Below, one piece after another: positions 41,401-54,250 of a DNA stretch of 64,000 nucleotides. Source of the DNA: Catajapyx aquilonaris. Taxonomy: Eukaryota. The notes under the pieces are model-generated. The model was not told the DNA's origin. It did no database searches and saw only the letters and a program-made list of their open reading frames with translations. Location: the NCBI GenBank assembly GCA_000934665.2, contig KZ538313.1, forward strand, positions 1-64,000, written 5' to 3'. Both the position numbers and the translations under genes were made by a program. Every line of letters begins with the position of its first letter. Within the stretch, counting starts at the first letter, position 1.

Positions 41401-44400
41401 CTTAGTGCCCTACTCAGCTGTCCAGCCATTTTTTAAACAATTTTCTGTGACATTGTTTTAACGCGGAGAAGACAGGGCCCTACATTTTTTTTAATATTGT
41501 GAGAGTCGGTTCGTCACAGACTAAGGAAACAACCACAATTGATCACGCTGCAACGCTTCTAAAATAGCGTCCTATTACGAAATAGGGTGAGTCTAATTGC
41601 ATGGGGCAGGCATTGCCTTAATTAAGGAGGCCTCGGAAGAGATAACAGCATGTAATTTCGCATGGAACACGACGCCCTCGTGTGCTCTGATAAAAAGGGA
41701 CACATGTACACAACGAATTAACGCCTCTTCCTCCAAACAGAGGGGAAACAGGAAGTGATCGCTAATTTATACAAAGAGAGATGAAAAATTGCAGCGTTGT
41801 GAAATGTTTTGTTGGTTTAAAAAAATTAAAGTAAAAAACTCATTGCGGAAGTGTCAACAAGTACGTGTATGTAAATGTAACCAGCTCGCCAGTTAAAAAC
41901 TTTCAAACATGTAAATTGATTCGCTTATACGTAACACGGTTTGCGAAGTCATAACGAGCTGTGTATTTCATTAACAGTGTTGCAAACAGCAGTTTCTTTA
42001 AAATGTACAGAAGGACTGCATTGTTGCCTGTAAAATATTAATGTTTCGCTTGTTAGGTGTTAACCGAACTGGCTGTGAAAAAAGGCTGTTAAAATACAGT
42101 AATTATTTCATCAACAAATTAAGTAAATTCGGGATATAAAAGTATAAGGTCAGTGGCTATGATAAAACCTGCCAAAGTAATATGAAGAATTTACAGGCTT
42201 ACTTTAAAGGTGTAAAGTCGCACATTGTATTTGCCCGTTTCGCAGTGTAATTTATAGCCGAAGTGCTGCGAGCAGCAATTGTGACGTCACACGCCTTTCA
42301 AAACACAACCACTTTTATTATCGACACAAATCATCGGCAATCCAAGGCGTGCTTTATGGCCTTTTGCAGAGCGTAATTGCACGGAAATAGCGTTTCATTA
42401 TTCATATGTATAAAAAAATATGACAACCAATTTCACGCCACTTAAATAGCCTCCTATTGGCTGCCAGAATGTTATCGGTCTGCTTGACTTTTGCATGACA
42501 TCACGAGTACTCAAAAGGCTCAATTATAAAGTTGGAGCCCGGGGCTCCGAATAATTTAGATCCGTCGTCATAGTTTAGTTCCGCCCGCCCCTACTGCCAT
42601 TCACTGGCTGAGTTTCATCCAATAATTTTCTCTCTATATCGTGACCCGGTTTTCTGAAACAACAACTACAGTGGTATGCCTTTTTAGTAGAGTAGGGTAG
42701 CCCGGAGCTCTGGCTGGCACGTACGGAAAGCAAGGCCAGGCAGTACTACCCAGCAAAAGAAGCAGAGTATGTCTGTCAAACGGGTTTTTATATATACTCG
42801 TGCTGGAGAGGAAATTCAAGTAGCTGCTCAAGTTTACACCGACAGGGACTGACGGATATTCTGATTGTCAGCAACGGGAATTGGCCCCGGGAATCGAGGG
42901 CATCTGGAAAAGCATCAATTTCTGGATCTGTCAAGTCTGGTTCTATCCAGGACTTAAATCTATAGACGTCTGAAAATGTAGTCAGTCACAATCGATTCAT
43001 TTTAAAATGTGATTACGAACGATTTTTTTTGGTCTCAACTTATAAGAAGATTTCGAGTGGGAATATTACTAACGACACACTGTCTAGCAAACATCTCAAA
43101 TTAGTCAAGGCGTAATGCATGCACCGTGTCCCTGCCTACTGTGTGCCTACGCCCTAAATAAGCGACATAACTAATTTCCTGCAAGGTGTGGCACTATACA
43201 AAAGGGTTGTGCTGAACCTCCCCTTGGAATCGCCCATTCAAATGTTCGCCATATTTGTCGCTCTTCATGTCATTGCATCAAGACATCATCAACAATAATT
43301 TCAAACGCAAGAAACTCTTGGCGTGTCGAGCTGCGGAAAACGAACCACTTCTCGAATAAAACAGCCTGTACTTTTCAAGCCTGTAACGAATCGGAATTAC
43401 AGGGTGTTAAAATTGGTAAAAACGGTGAATGGTCACCACGCCTTAGCACGTATTCGGTTGTTTTTTTTTGGACTCGATGTTGTTCGTGTGCAACACAAAT
43501 AAATCGGCAGAGGTGAAAGCATAGCCAATCAAAAAAATGGATAAATCAGAAGGTGTGACCGTTCAAAATTGACAAATTAGAAGGCACGATCCCAGATCTA
43601 ACACTTCACTGTCTGGTGATCAGAAATTTATATACATTTATAGGTCTACTATTGCTCCTAACAAGCATTTCGAGGAAAGATGCTGAAGTACACAGTTATT
43701 TTTATTTAAAAAAATATTAATTCCTACTACGCGACAGTGGCACGTAACTGCTGAGTGACATTTTGTATAAAAGAGGGTCAAAATTCAGATCGTAAGATAG
43801 ACGGACAGTTTTAAAAACCGTTGTTGGTGCGCAAATTTTGAACTCTGAATATAAAAAAATTCCGATCAAGTTTAAAGATTAAAATTCATCAACGGCTTTC
43901 AAAACTGTCATCCGCCCACAATTTTTGTTCTTCCAAAAAAAATTATAATTACGGGATTGAAAGTACTTTCTTTGAACTCTCTCACCTCTGGAGATCATCC
44001 TCGCATTGAGATCTGTACACAAAAAAAATAACACGATCCAAGGTTCATTCTGAAAGTGAACATTCCTGATGCTCGTGACCTCGACAACCAAGATGCATCT
44101 TCAAAATAAAAAAAATAAAAACCCATGGCAGGGTCGCGAAACGCATGCCTCTCTTCCATTCAGTGAAGAAAAAAAAAATTATTCGACGCGTTTCACTCTC
44201 GCTTGCAACAATCACCACAAGGAATCAGCTCTCCGGTATGGTTCTCCAAAAAGGAGATTCATTAAAACGTGGGAATCGCAGCGATGCTTTTCCCTCGACA
44301 GTTCCTTTTGTTTCGCTGTGGCTAGTTGAGAGGATATCCAAAATCTTGAGAACTAGGTCCTATTAATCCTTTCACTTCCTAAACGCGGCTGCATTTTTCT

Positions 44401-47400
44401 GGTGCTTTCGTTTTTTAAAAAAAAATATTTATTGAAAGGAGGATTTTTAGGTGCCAGGCGGTCACGGCATCGGAACTGATCGGATTTTGGGGGAGTTCGA
44501 TTTCGAACGGTTAGAAGAATCGGGGTCTTGAAACTGCGCGTGCGTTAAGGTCACGACATTTTGATGACGATCGCGGAAAAGACAGCATGTGAGTTGCCAC
44601 TTCCGTTTCATCCTCTTTTTATATTTCTTTTTGCATGAGGCGGCTACGCAACCAACAGAAGAAAATTCTCACTAACTATGGTACACATCCGCTCTCTCAG
44701 AAAACGTAACACTTCCTTATGTTTTATTTATTTTTTTCATTGGAAGGAAACGTAAATATGTTTGCAAACACTGATGGACTGTAAGTATAGAAAATGTGAC
44801 CGCAGAAATATTCATGTAAAACATTTTTATGGAAAATTACGACAAGGAATCGTAATCAAAATTGAGGTGGTGGAAATATTAAAGGGCTATTTAGGTGAAA
44901 CAACTCGAGAGCAAGATGTTTCGATAACAATGTGTCTTTTTCCCACATCGATAAGTTATTGAGCTTGCCAAAGTAGCTGGAGCAACATGCTATTACAACC
45001 TCGTGAGAAAAAGCTGCATAGGATAAACATGCCCGAAGCAAGGAATGCCTGCATATTACTCCATAATTATCTGGAATACTGCGTTCTAATTTACGACTAC
45101 GACTAATGTACGAGTTGCAATACCCAATTAAGGAATTGCCTATTGTTACGATCGCAATTTTTTTTGCACAACACTCACATTTTTTAGCGTATGGCAGGCT
45201 GATTTGTACGTGCAGAAAAATTATAACCACTTTCTTGCTAATTCTCGCAACATTAAATTTTTTTTAAAAATACAAGTACGAATATTTGGTTAAAATTGTA
45301 GGTAGCCTAAGCATTTACTTATTATCTCGCATGGTTTTTCTATTTTTCATCGAAACATATTTCCGTTCAGGTTTTCATATAATTTTTGGGGGGGAAATTG
45401 ATTGTGGCACCTATCTACTGTACCAAAAAAAAACACCCTGAAAATCCTTTTTATATTAAGAAAACGGTGCTTGAATACCCTTGCTTCTGCGTGATAATTT
45501 TTTTCCTCCACAATGCGCAATGTAACAATCCTCTGACAACAATGGGGATTCTGATTGCCCCTTGCGGTGTGACGTTATGTCATGAAGTGGGTCACCCTTT
45601 CCACCCCCAAAATAGTCGCATAGACCACCAGGGCATGACAGTTGGGAAGCGAAGTGACCGCCGTGACGTAACACTTTTATATACCCTTGTCTGTGGAGCA
45701 GACTAAAACCGTTATAACTCGCCAAAAACCTTCCCTTAAAACCGTTGCTCTATCTTACACGTTATATAATAATGAAATGTGTGCAGCTTTCCCAATTTTA
45801 TAGTGCCGCTTCCATTAAATATATTTAAGAACCGTGCAAATTACTGAAAATAGTGTTACTTCTTGGCATTTCCTCTGTCAGAAGGCGATGGCCTTATTAA
45901 GCTGGATTTCATCACTTGTACAGTAAGATGAGGGCCGGGTTGGGCCTAGTAGGAGGGTCATTAAGATATTAACCGCGGCTGCCTCGCTAATTAAGCCAGC
46001 CATGCGAAATAGTCCAGATGACTCGAAATCAGGCTCCGTTATTACAATGGCAGAGGGGGAAAAAATTATAGTCGGCTAACGTGGCCTGCAGCAATAGTCG
46101 GTAATGTTTTCTGGCGATGGGTTTTTCTCACTTGCTTTTCCTCGTGTTTTTTGTAGCATGGCTGCTACTTCTTACCAGAGCATGAAGAATAGCGAGAGAA
46201 AAAAAAAACTGTTGTGCCAATTTCCTTCTAGAAGAAGTTACGCGACGTTTGGCTCTTTTTATAATATCAATTATTATTATTATTTACCGCTTTACATATG
46301 ATGCACATATCCGCATGAGAGTGAATTAGTAGGACACAACCACGGATTGCATATGTCATATCATTTCAGATCCATTGCACATTTAGAGCGCAAAAAAATC
46401 AGGCTGTTCACTTCCATTCTGTCCTTCAAGGTTGGCTTGGTAAAATGTTAGCTGATTAATTATTCCGTGCGTTACACTCAGCGTATTGCACAGCAGGGTG
46501 GCCCATTATGCAGGTGAAGCTGCAGGTGGAGGGACTTTCTGATTAGAAGAATAAAAAGAAGAAGAAAAAAAAAGTGGACACCTTTCGTTCAAGGTGACCA
46601 AGTGGAAAAGTTGCAGAAATTTTCTCCAGGCCTGATGATGATGACACCATCATTATTCAACTCCCGGATGGGTCGGAATAACATCTGCATCTCAGCCACT
46701 CCTTCGCCTTTTGGTACGTCCATCACTGGAAAAACAGGCTTTTGATCCAGGACCTTCATTTTTTAACCACACATCTGAATCCGGGGCCAGCCTTTTAAGG
46801 ACGTGCAATAATCCGGAACAAGCTATGATAATTTAAAAAACACAATGAAAATGAGGCCAGTCGCGTGTCATCGAAATTCGCAACCAATTATTACGCGACA
46901 GTTGTGTAACGAGAGAGTGCTCCACATACATTCACAACCTTATACAGGGTGGTGCATCATCCCACAAAAATTTCAAGAGCTAAAGGTTCAGTCGCCTCTG
47001 GTGCTAATGGCTTTCATCCTTTTCGCACAGGGCGTTAGCCTTTTTTTCATCTTGCTAAATCTGGTCATGCCAGTGTTGGTGGCAGGACAAGGCACCCTCG
47101 CCTCCTCCATGTCTGGCACTATAGGAAAACAATGGGCAATGTCAATGGATGCCAAGAAGAAAAACCAACGGGGGGGAGCCCAAGAGGCCTCGAGATTCGA
47201 CGCGAATCGCTTAGTATATAAAGATAAGGCGGGGGCCCCTCTCTTCCGGTGGCCCAACAATGGATTCTCGAATTTGCAACGCCCGTCTCATTGGGAACCG
47301 CGATTTATTACTCGCGAAGTGGGAGGCCCGATTGCAAATCAGGTGTGGGCAGGAATGCAGAAATTGGCACGGATTGTATATGTAAACAACGATGCTCACC

Positions 47401-50400
47401 CATCCCATAGGTACAGTCATTTCTATAGGAGTAAGGTAGCAGACATGAAGCTCAAAATAGCCTCCAACAGAGGCCATCTTCCTGACAGGTCGTGAGGAAG
47501 AGGCTATTTTGAGCTTTACTCCTCACGCATTGATTTGTAATAATAATTTATTTCCATCGTTTCAGAGCTTTGTGGAGAAGGAGCATGGCAAAGTTGTGGT
47601 GTACGTGACAACAATGGGAGTCATCCGTGACACATACCTGAAGTGTCAGAAGGTGAGGCAGATACTTCGAACCCTTCTGATCAAGTATGAGGAGAGAGAT
47701 GTCTACATGAGCAAGGAAGTCCAGCAGGAGATCAGGGAGAGGATGGGATGCGACACTGTGTCATTGCCTCACCTCTTCCTCGAAGGAAGGCATCTTGGGG
47801 TGAGTCGAGAAGTCAGTGGACTTTAAAAAAAAGGGGGGGTCCATTTCAATCTGTGAAGAGTAGAAGAAGAAAAAAAGAGACCGGTCGGACAAGAAAGTCC
47901 ACATAGCTGAAGGTTTCCACAGGAAAAGGGTTGGGTGAAATGGCTTCGAGTCATGTTTATGTAAAGTGACAGGAATGATGGCTGATTTATCTGGCAAAAC
48001 CCGCAGCAGGTGGAAAACGGGGGAACGACCTTGCACCGGCTTAAATTTGAAGCGTGAAAATATATATATATTTTTAAAAAAATCCTGTCCGCCAAGGCAC
48101 TTCATAACAAAAATATTAAGCAGCAAATGACACGTCCAGAATGCGAATCGAATCGCGCTTCAAGGACTTTGCGAAAAGAAAGTGGCACGATTGTTGTGCT
48201 AATTGAGGCGGAATTGCGCAAACCGCACATCCTCCGCCTTCAAGTCTAAAAAACCGCTAGTATTTATCCACATTTTAAAAAAAGACAATTAGGTTTAGTT
48301 ACGGTCACCACACGGCCATGGTCAACGATTTTTTTTTTCTTTTTCGAAAAGTCCCATGCATATGGTTCTTCCGCCGTCGTAAAAAGGCCTTACACAGTTA
48401 GATGTACACACCAAATTGCGGCCGTCATTAAGAAGTACGCTACATAATACAGCGGCCTTCTGTTTTTCCTGGAGCACACGGAAACTGATTAAAAGCACGT
48501 GCCGCCATTAAATTTATGTGGAAGGCACGCTTGTTTGTGCGGAAACGCACTTTCTAGTACAGCTTGTAGAAATGACTAATATGATCATTGCTACCGCTTC
48601 TTGAATACGTACAACAATCAGCAACTGGTAACATACTGTGACACAGGGTAAGAATTAATATGCTATAATGTCAATTCAATACAGTGTATGAGGATTGGCT
48701 TCGTTTGACTGCCAGTGATTTCAGTTTTTCACTGTATATAATATGAGTGACAGAGTCGCTTCTGGGTGATTGTTGGCCCGCAAACTGCTTTCTAGACCTG
48801 ATCGGAAGTGCGATTTGCTATCTGACAACATACAAAGAGAGGAAGCCTAAATGGTTTGTACTGAGTGACGCCCCCAAAAAAGTGGGTCAAACACCTAAAA
48901 AATGATTAATCGGCAGTCTCATCCCAGTTGCTCATCCCAGCATCCATTTTGGCCAGGGGTCGATCCAAAAATCACGATCGTTGAGTCGCATGTAATCAGT
49001 TATTGTGTCATGAGAATGCGCGATATATAGAAGTAGGTTATAGCTGCTGCAATTGCCTGCAATCAGACATAACATGAGGGGGGGTGAAAGGCCTTTTAGG
49101 AAAAGAAAAAAAATGATTAATGAAGAGACCTAATCAAGCGAGGAAAGTGACTTGCAAGAATGCTCAGAAATGGTGTGGAAATTTTTGGGGGAAAATGAGA
49201 TGTGCGCTCTCATTCGCAGTAATTCTTGGATCAAAAAAGAAAGGAAAAGATCGTGGCGGTTTCTTTGGTGACAATAAAAGGCATAGGTTGGAAAAGAAGG
49301 GCAATAATAATGAAGCACGGAATGAGGAAAACAAGGCAGTTTCTTAGGGTTTAATTTTACTTTTTACCATTTTTTCCTCCAGGTCAGCTCTTAGGCGGTT
49401 TCAAGGTCTAGAAAGCGATAGAAATAGACAGTTTGACACGGAATTTTTTTAAAAATTGCACTTTCAATTAGTACAAAAGAAGTACTTAAGCCGTCAGTTC
49501 CTATCGGATGCGAAAACAAGTTGTTTACTCGCGAATAAACGATCGTGTGGGCATTTTTCAAACAAAAATATGATGCTTCATTGAGCATTAACTGTGCACG
49601 TAAATTACTTTTTCTTTCGTTTATGAACTTGGGAGGATTACATGGGCTCCTCTGCTCACATGTATTATTTAGAGATCAGTTACATCAAGCGTGAAGGCTC
49701 CTTTGTAAGTTTCCAAGTTCAACCGTTAATTCCACTTTCAATTACCTTCACAAAAAAAGCTCCCTAAGTACCTTTGTCAGGAGAATAATGTGCATGTGTG
49801 TATTGCAGATCATACATGCGTAAAGGAAGGTGGGGAGAAAAAAAGGACCTGCTTGTGACCCCGTTAAGATATTAAAACGCCCTTAACACACATGTAGGAG
49901 GAAACTGGAGAAACATGCTTCCGTTCTCAAATTCCAATCTAATCCAGCACGAATCCGCGGCCTTCTTTTTTGTGCGTGCAAAAAAAATTTCTCTCTCTGC
50001 AAAATTAAATCCATATCCGCCATATTGGATCCAGACGCCAATAAGACAAATAGGAACAGTATTATAATTATTTTAAATATTATTGTTATTTTATTGCCTT
50101 ACTGATAACGTCAATAGTGACGTCACTCGTACCGGTACATTTTCGGAAAAATCGGAGTAGTTCCTTCTATAAATTATTTTCTGCCCTATGCTGCCAATTT
50201 CGCTGTTAATTTGGCGGATTCCACTTGTTCAGCGATAGTGAATCCGGCCATAAATTTTTTGACGATGTGCCATTAACAATAATTTTGTGCTGGGGCGTGG
50301 CCTAGAGAGCGTGACGATGTGTCGGACGCCAATTTGTGCCACCTTTGTCAGAGATTAATGGAAGGCTTCATGCAATAACCCTCAGACATTTTTTTCTGAT

Positions 50401-53400
50401 GGGGTCCCCTTAATTTGCCCCGGTTTGTTAAACCCGAACCCGGAGTTTGCACAATGCCACCGGTGTACATACATACAAAAAAAAAAACAATTACCAAGGG
50501 TGTCTCGTAAAGAACCGGGCCTAGGTCAGGGCACGGAGCCGTATCGCAATTTTTTCTGCGAAAAAAATTGAAACCTGCTTGGCCATCATCGTGATATGCG
50601 TGTTATTTCCGGCTTTCTCGCATTTTCACCATCAGCACACACACGACTTTTTGCAAAAAAAAATTATCTTAGTACTTTCCTGATAGTGTTCTTGACAGTT
50701 TGTCAGGTATTTGACGACACGCACTTTTGTGTTAGCATGATGCATTATGGATGAGTGAAAACGCCTCAAAAGCTAACGACCTCTTCTGAACACCCCCCCA
50801 TATAGTCGATAGGACTGAGAAAGTGATCGGAAGTGTCACATGTATGTCGCACATTTCAATACAAGGCTAAGTAGGGTGCAGGTGTGCCGTAACTTTCATC
50901 CATTTATTAATAGCATTGGTAATGGCACCGTTTTGTACAAATCCGTTATTCACTTGCTACACGTATGGGATTAGTGTTTTTACAGCTCCGGAAAAAACCC
51001 AAGGATTCCCTCGGTCCAACGCCTCTTCCTCTTCTGATTTGTAGTGTGTTTCCTATTCAGTGGAATTCGGAGTGGGTCCTACCCTTCAGGTAGAATCGTT
51101 CCGCAGGATGAAGTTTCTCGGAGGGAAAATTACTTCCGTGGGTGTGTGGATGTTTTTTATCCTTACTTTTTTTTTTCATGACAGGAAGAATCCCTACGGT
51201 ATTGTGGTCAGCAAAGGTCTTCCGGGGGGCCAACCCTCTACTTACGGCCTCGAATTCTCGAATCTTAAAACCTCTGATTATTTGCCTACTTATGTGTGTA
51301 AAGGGAGTTTCATATCTCGGAGCAACTTTTTGGCCAAATCTTTTTCTTCTTCTTTCCCTTACCTGGAGGCAGACCAATTGTTCAATTGTTAAAGGGGGAA
51401 GATGTGGAAGTGACGCAACAGCTTGGGGACATCCGACCTAAAATGCGAGCTCCTTTTTTTTCTCCGAACGAGAAAGTTTTTTGAATAGTGTCATGCCGTT
51501 ATGTGCAAAAGAAAAAAATGTCTTGTGCTCGACTAGCACGAGGCGGAGGAAAAAAACCGGTTTTGAAATGGAGTCAAATATTTGTAGTAATAGGTATGTC
51601 CATATGGGCTTGGAGGAGGGCTTACAAATATGTTAAGAAGGTCGGAGTGTGTGACTTGCGAGGATATTATTTTCTTCTTAATGTTGTTGTCACTTCAAGC
51701 ACGACACATCTATAATATTAAAATCCTTGCGGGAGTTGGCTGAGCCCTATTGGTCCGCCGCATATTGTTACCGCCACCTCTCCATTGGCCCGCGTTCTAT
51801 ACTCATGCGCAATGATTGCTATCCTCTGATTCTTGCTATCCTCTGATTGATCCTCTGATTGCTATCCTCTGATATCTTGCTATCCTCTGATTGGTCCGAC
51901 GCATATTGTTACCGCCACATCTCCATTGGCCCGCGTTCTACTCATGCGCAATGGGGGTGTAAACAACTCCTCTGTTGGGTTACCGGGGAAACTGTACATA
52001 ATGCCAATTTCCTGATATTTCCATTAATTATGAAATAATTTTGCACAAAAAATATGTACACTTCAGAAAACATAGTTGCAAATTAGTTAATCATTTTAAC
52101 CATAGTTTCCGGATTGTGAGTACAAAGCAGATGTGTAACAATAATAATAAAAACATTTCCTGCATCACTTTCCTTATAGCTCTATTACATTTATTTAAAA
52201 TGAAGAGAGAAAAAAACACTATTTCATTTTAAAATTAATGTGCGATTTGTGGTATTAATTGCAAGCCATTTTTGTTACAGGATTCTGATACCATCGAGAG
52301 GTTAAATGAGTCTGGAGAGCTTCGGAAGCTGCTGCGACCATACAAAGTAAGTATAAACCCGGCACCATAACAATGATCCCAAAGGAAAAAAAAAAGGCAA
52401 TGCGTGCATCACAACTCCGGAAGAAAAAACAACAATACACTCGGCTGGAAATGGCCCTAATTTTTTTTTCCTCCATTTGAAAGAAAAAAAAATCCGCGTA
52501 ATTTCGCGTGACTTCCTACATTTTTATTCCCACGCTTCCAAGCCGTCATATTTTTAAAAAATATTCTGAGAAAACAAACAAAATATAAACAGGAAATGTT
52601 GCTTTCCTATATTTTGTCCAATTTTTTTTTTGGATTAACTGGACCGTGTCTTGTCGTCACATTTTTTTTTTCTTCTTCTTCTCCCCTCTCGCTTAGACAA
52701 GCCCATACTAACGGTATGTAGCCTGGGCCAAATTGCCCAAAGTAGGACGTAGCAAAACCTATCCTTTCGCGATGGGAGGAGAAAAGCAAAGGAATTCTCA
52801 AGTCCTCAGTTTAAAGAAGTCTGCAATATACACCTTACACGAGGGACTAGCATACTGACCCCATTTTTTTTTTGTAAACAGGTGGGCCACACTATGGTGG
52901 AGCCGAATGAGATAACAGGGCCAAAAACTGGGCTGGGCTTGGGAATTTACTTTTACCGCATTCCCAAACGGTTTTGATTGACAATGAGGTGTAACTTGCC
53001 AAAAAGCCTGAGGCATATTGATCTACTGTAGACAAAATATGTCTACAATAATTATTATAATGTAAGCAAAACTCACCAATGACTGAACCTCTTTCACACA
53101 AGTCCACACAGCTACTGATAACATTTTTTTTGTAAAACTATGTCAAATTGGGGCCACACTAGGATTAAAATAGGCAGCATATGACTTGCAAAAAATTGGC
53201 AGATTTCCAAGTAAAATGTAATCACTTTTGCATAACCTTTCATGTTATTAAGTATGTTGTTGCATTGCAGACAACTTGCAACAAGTCAACGTGTGAGAAG
53301 TGCGGAGGATTTCGTCTGCTTCCATGCCCGGTGTGCAGTGGAAGCAAGAAGAGCGTACATCGCAATCATTTCACTGCTGAATTTGTGGCCCTCAAGTGCA

Positions 53401-53456
53401 TGCATTGCGATGAGGCGGCACTTGTTAGATGCAACTTGTGCAATGATGGGAACTAG
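38481..53456 (+). CDS. GRXCR1: Glutaredoxin domain-containing cysteine-rich protein (GRXCR family, Drosophila CG31559/CG12206-like), 4 coding exons, 488 aa
   Basis: Exons 38481-39461, 47566-47799, 52281-52346 and 53271-53456 are all phase 0 with GT-AG introns (sum 1467 nt). Motifs: GTIRGVKNRVRAGIATF; Grx-like GKVVVYVTTMGVIRDTYLKCQKVRQIL..LPHLFLEGRHLG; LNESGELRKLL; C-terminal four-CxxC zinc-finger-like CEKCGGFRLLPCPVCSGSKKS..KCMHCDE..RCNLC. Family call is secure; one-to-one orthology to GRXCR1 versus GRXCR2 is not. Confidence 0.92.
41191..41259. mobile_element. Tiny Tc1/mariner-like remnant
   Basis: 10-bp TIR CAGGGTGGTC...GACCACCCTG, followed by TA on the right only. Confidence 0.3.
51749..51953. 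repeat. ~65-bp direct repeat enclosing a TTGCTATCCTCTGA minisatellite
   Basis: Copy 1 at 51749-51814 and copy 2 at 51890-51953 (ATTGGTCCG..CATATTGTTACCGCCAC..CCATTGGCCCGCGTTCTA..CTCATGCGCAATG). About 5 units of (TTGCT)ATCCTCTGA lie between them. Confidence 0.85.
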
Positions 53457-54250
53457 AAATGATATACCTTGGTTACATTTGGCTCGCATTGAGTTGGGAC
53501 AGTTTACAGGCAACAATGAGAGCAAAATTATAATGCTTTTGGATCCTACAGCTTCTTGTACAGGTTACGTATTGGCCAACTCAGTGCCAGCCAGTAAAGG
53601 GTGAGAAAAAATATTGCAGCAAAAGTTGGTACTCGCCAACATTTTACTTCGCACCATTTTTTTTTTTTTTGAGCCTGCTTGATCAAATTTTTCCGCATTA
53701 GTGACCAAGTTATTCATAATGAACTGAAACCAGCCGCAGCAATGTAAGTATAATGAATGGCAGCAAAATAATGGTTTTCCGTCCAGTCAGCATCGGTTTT
53801 TTTATGTCATTCATGATCACTATTGTAATTTTGATTGTACTGTACATAAATAAATAATTAAATAATAATACAAGTTCTACTATGTTCAATTGTTCAGCAA
53901 AGTCAATGCGCTTAGTTCACAACATGAAAGTCTACCAGCCCAGTCTTGAAATAAAGGTCAGTAGTACGCATTCAAAAGGAAAATGTATTTGCACATAATA
54001 CACGACGAACGATCCAAAAGGGTGTCCAGAACTTTTTGGCACTTACTGTAGTTTAAAAAAAATTATCACTGAGATCAGATATTCATGTAGCCACACTTAG
54101 CAAAAACTTGCTACATTTTAGAATAATCCCGAGTCACACACGAATTTGTTCAGGTCACATGATATCTTCCGAGTATTACATGAATGAGCCCAAGATACTG
54201 ATGCGAATCAAGTTGCCATGGGAGACTTCAATCGCATATCCAGTGTTACT

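Noticed and set aside
46845..47495. 216-aa ORF as an alternative first coding exon of GRXCR
   Set aside because: No recognisable motif, and the nearby GT donors are phase 2 in that frame while the next exon (47566) needs phase 0.
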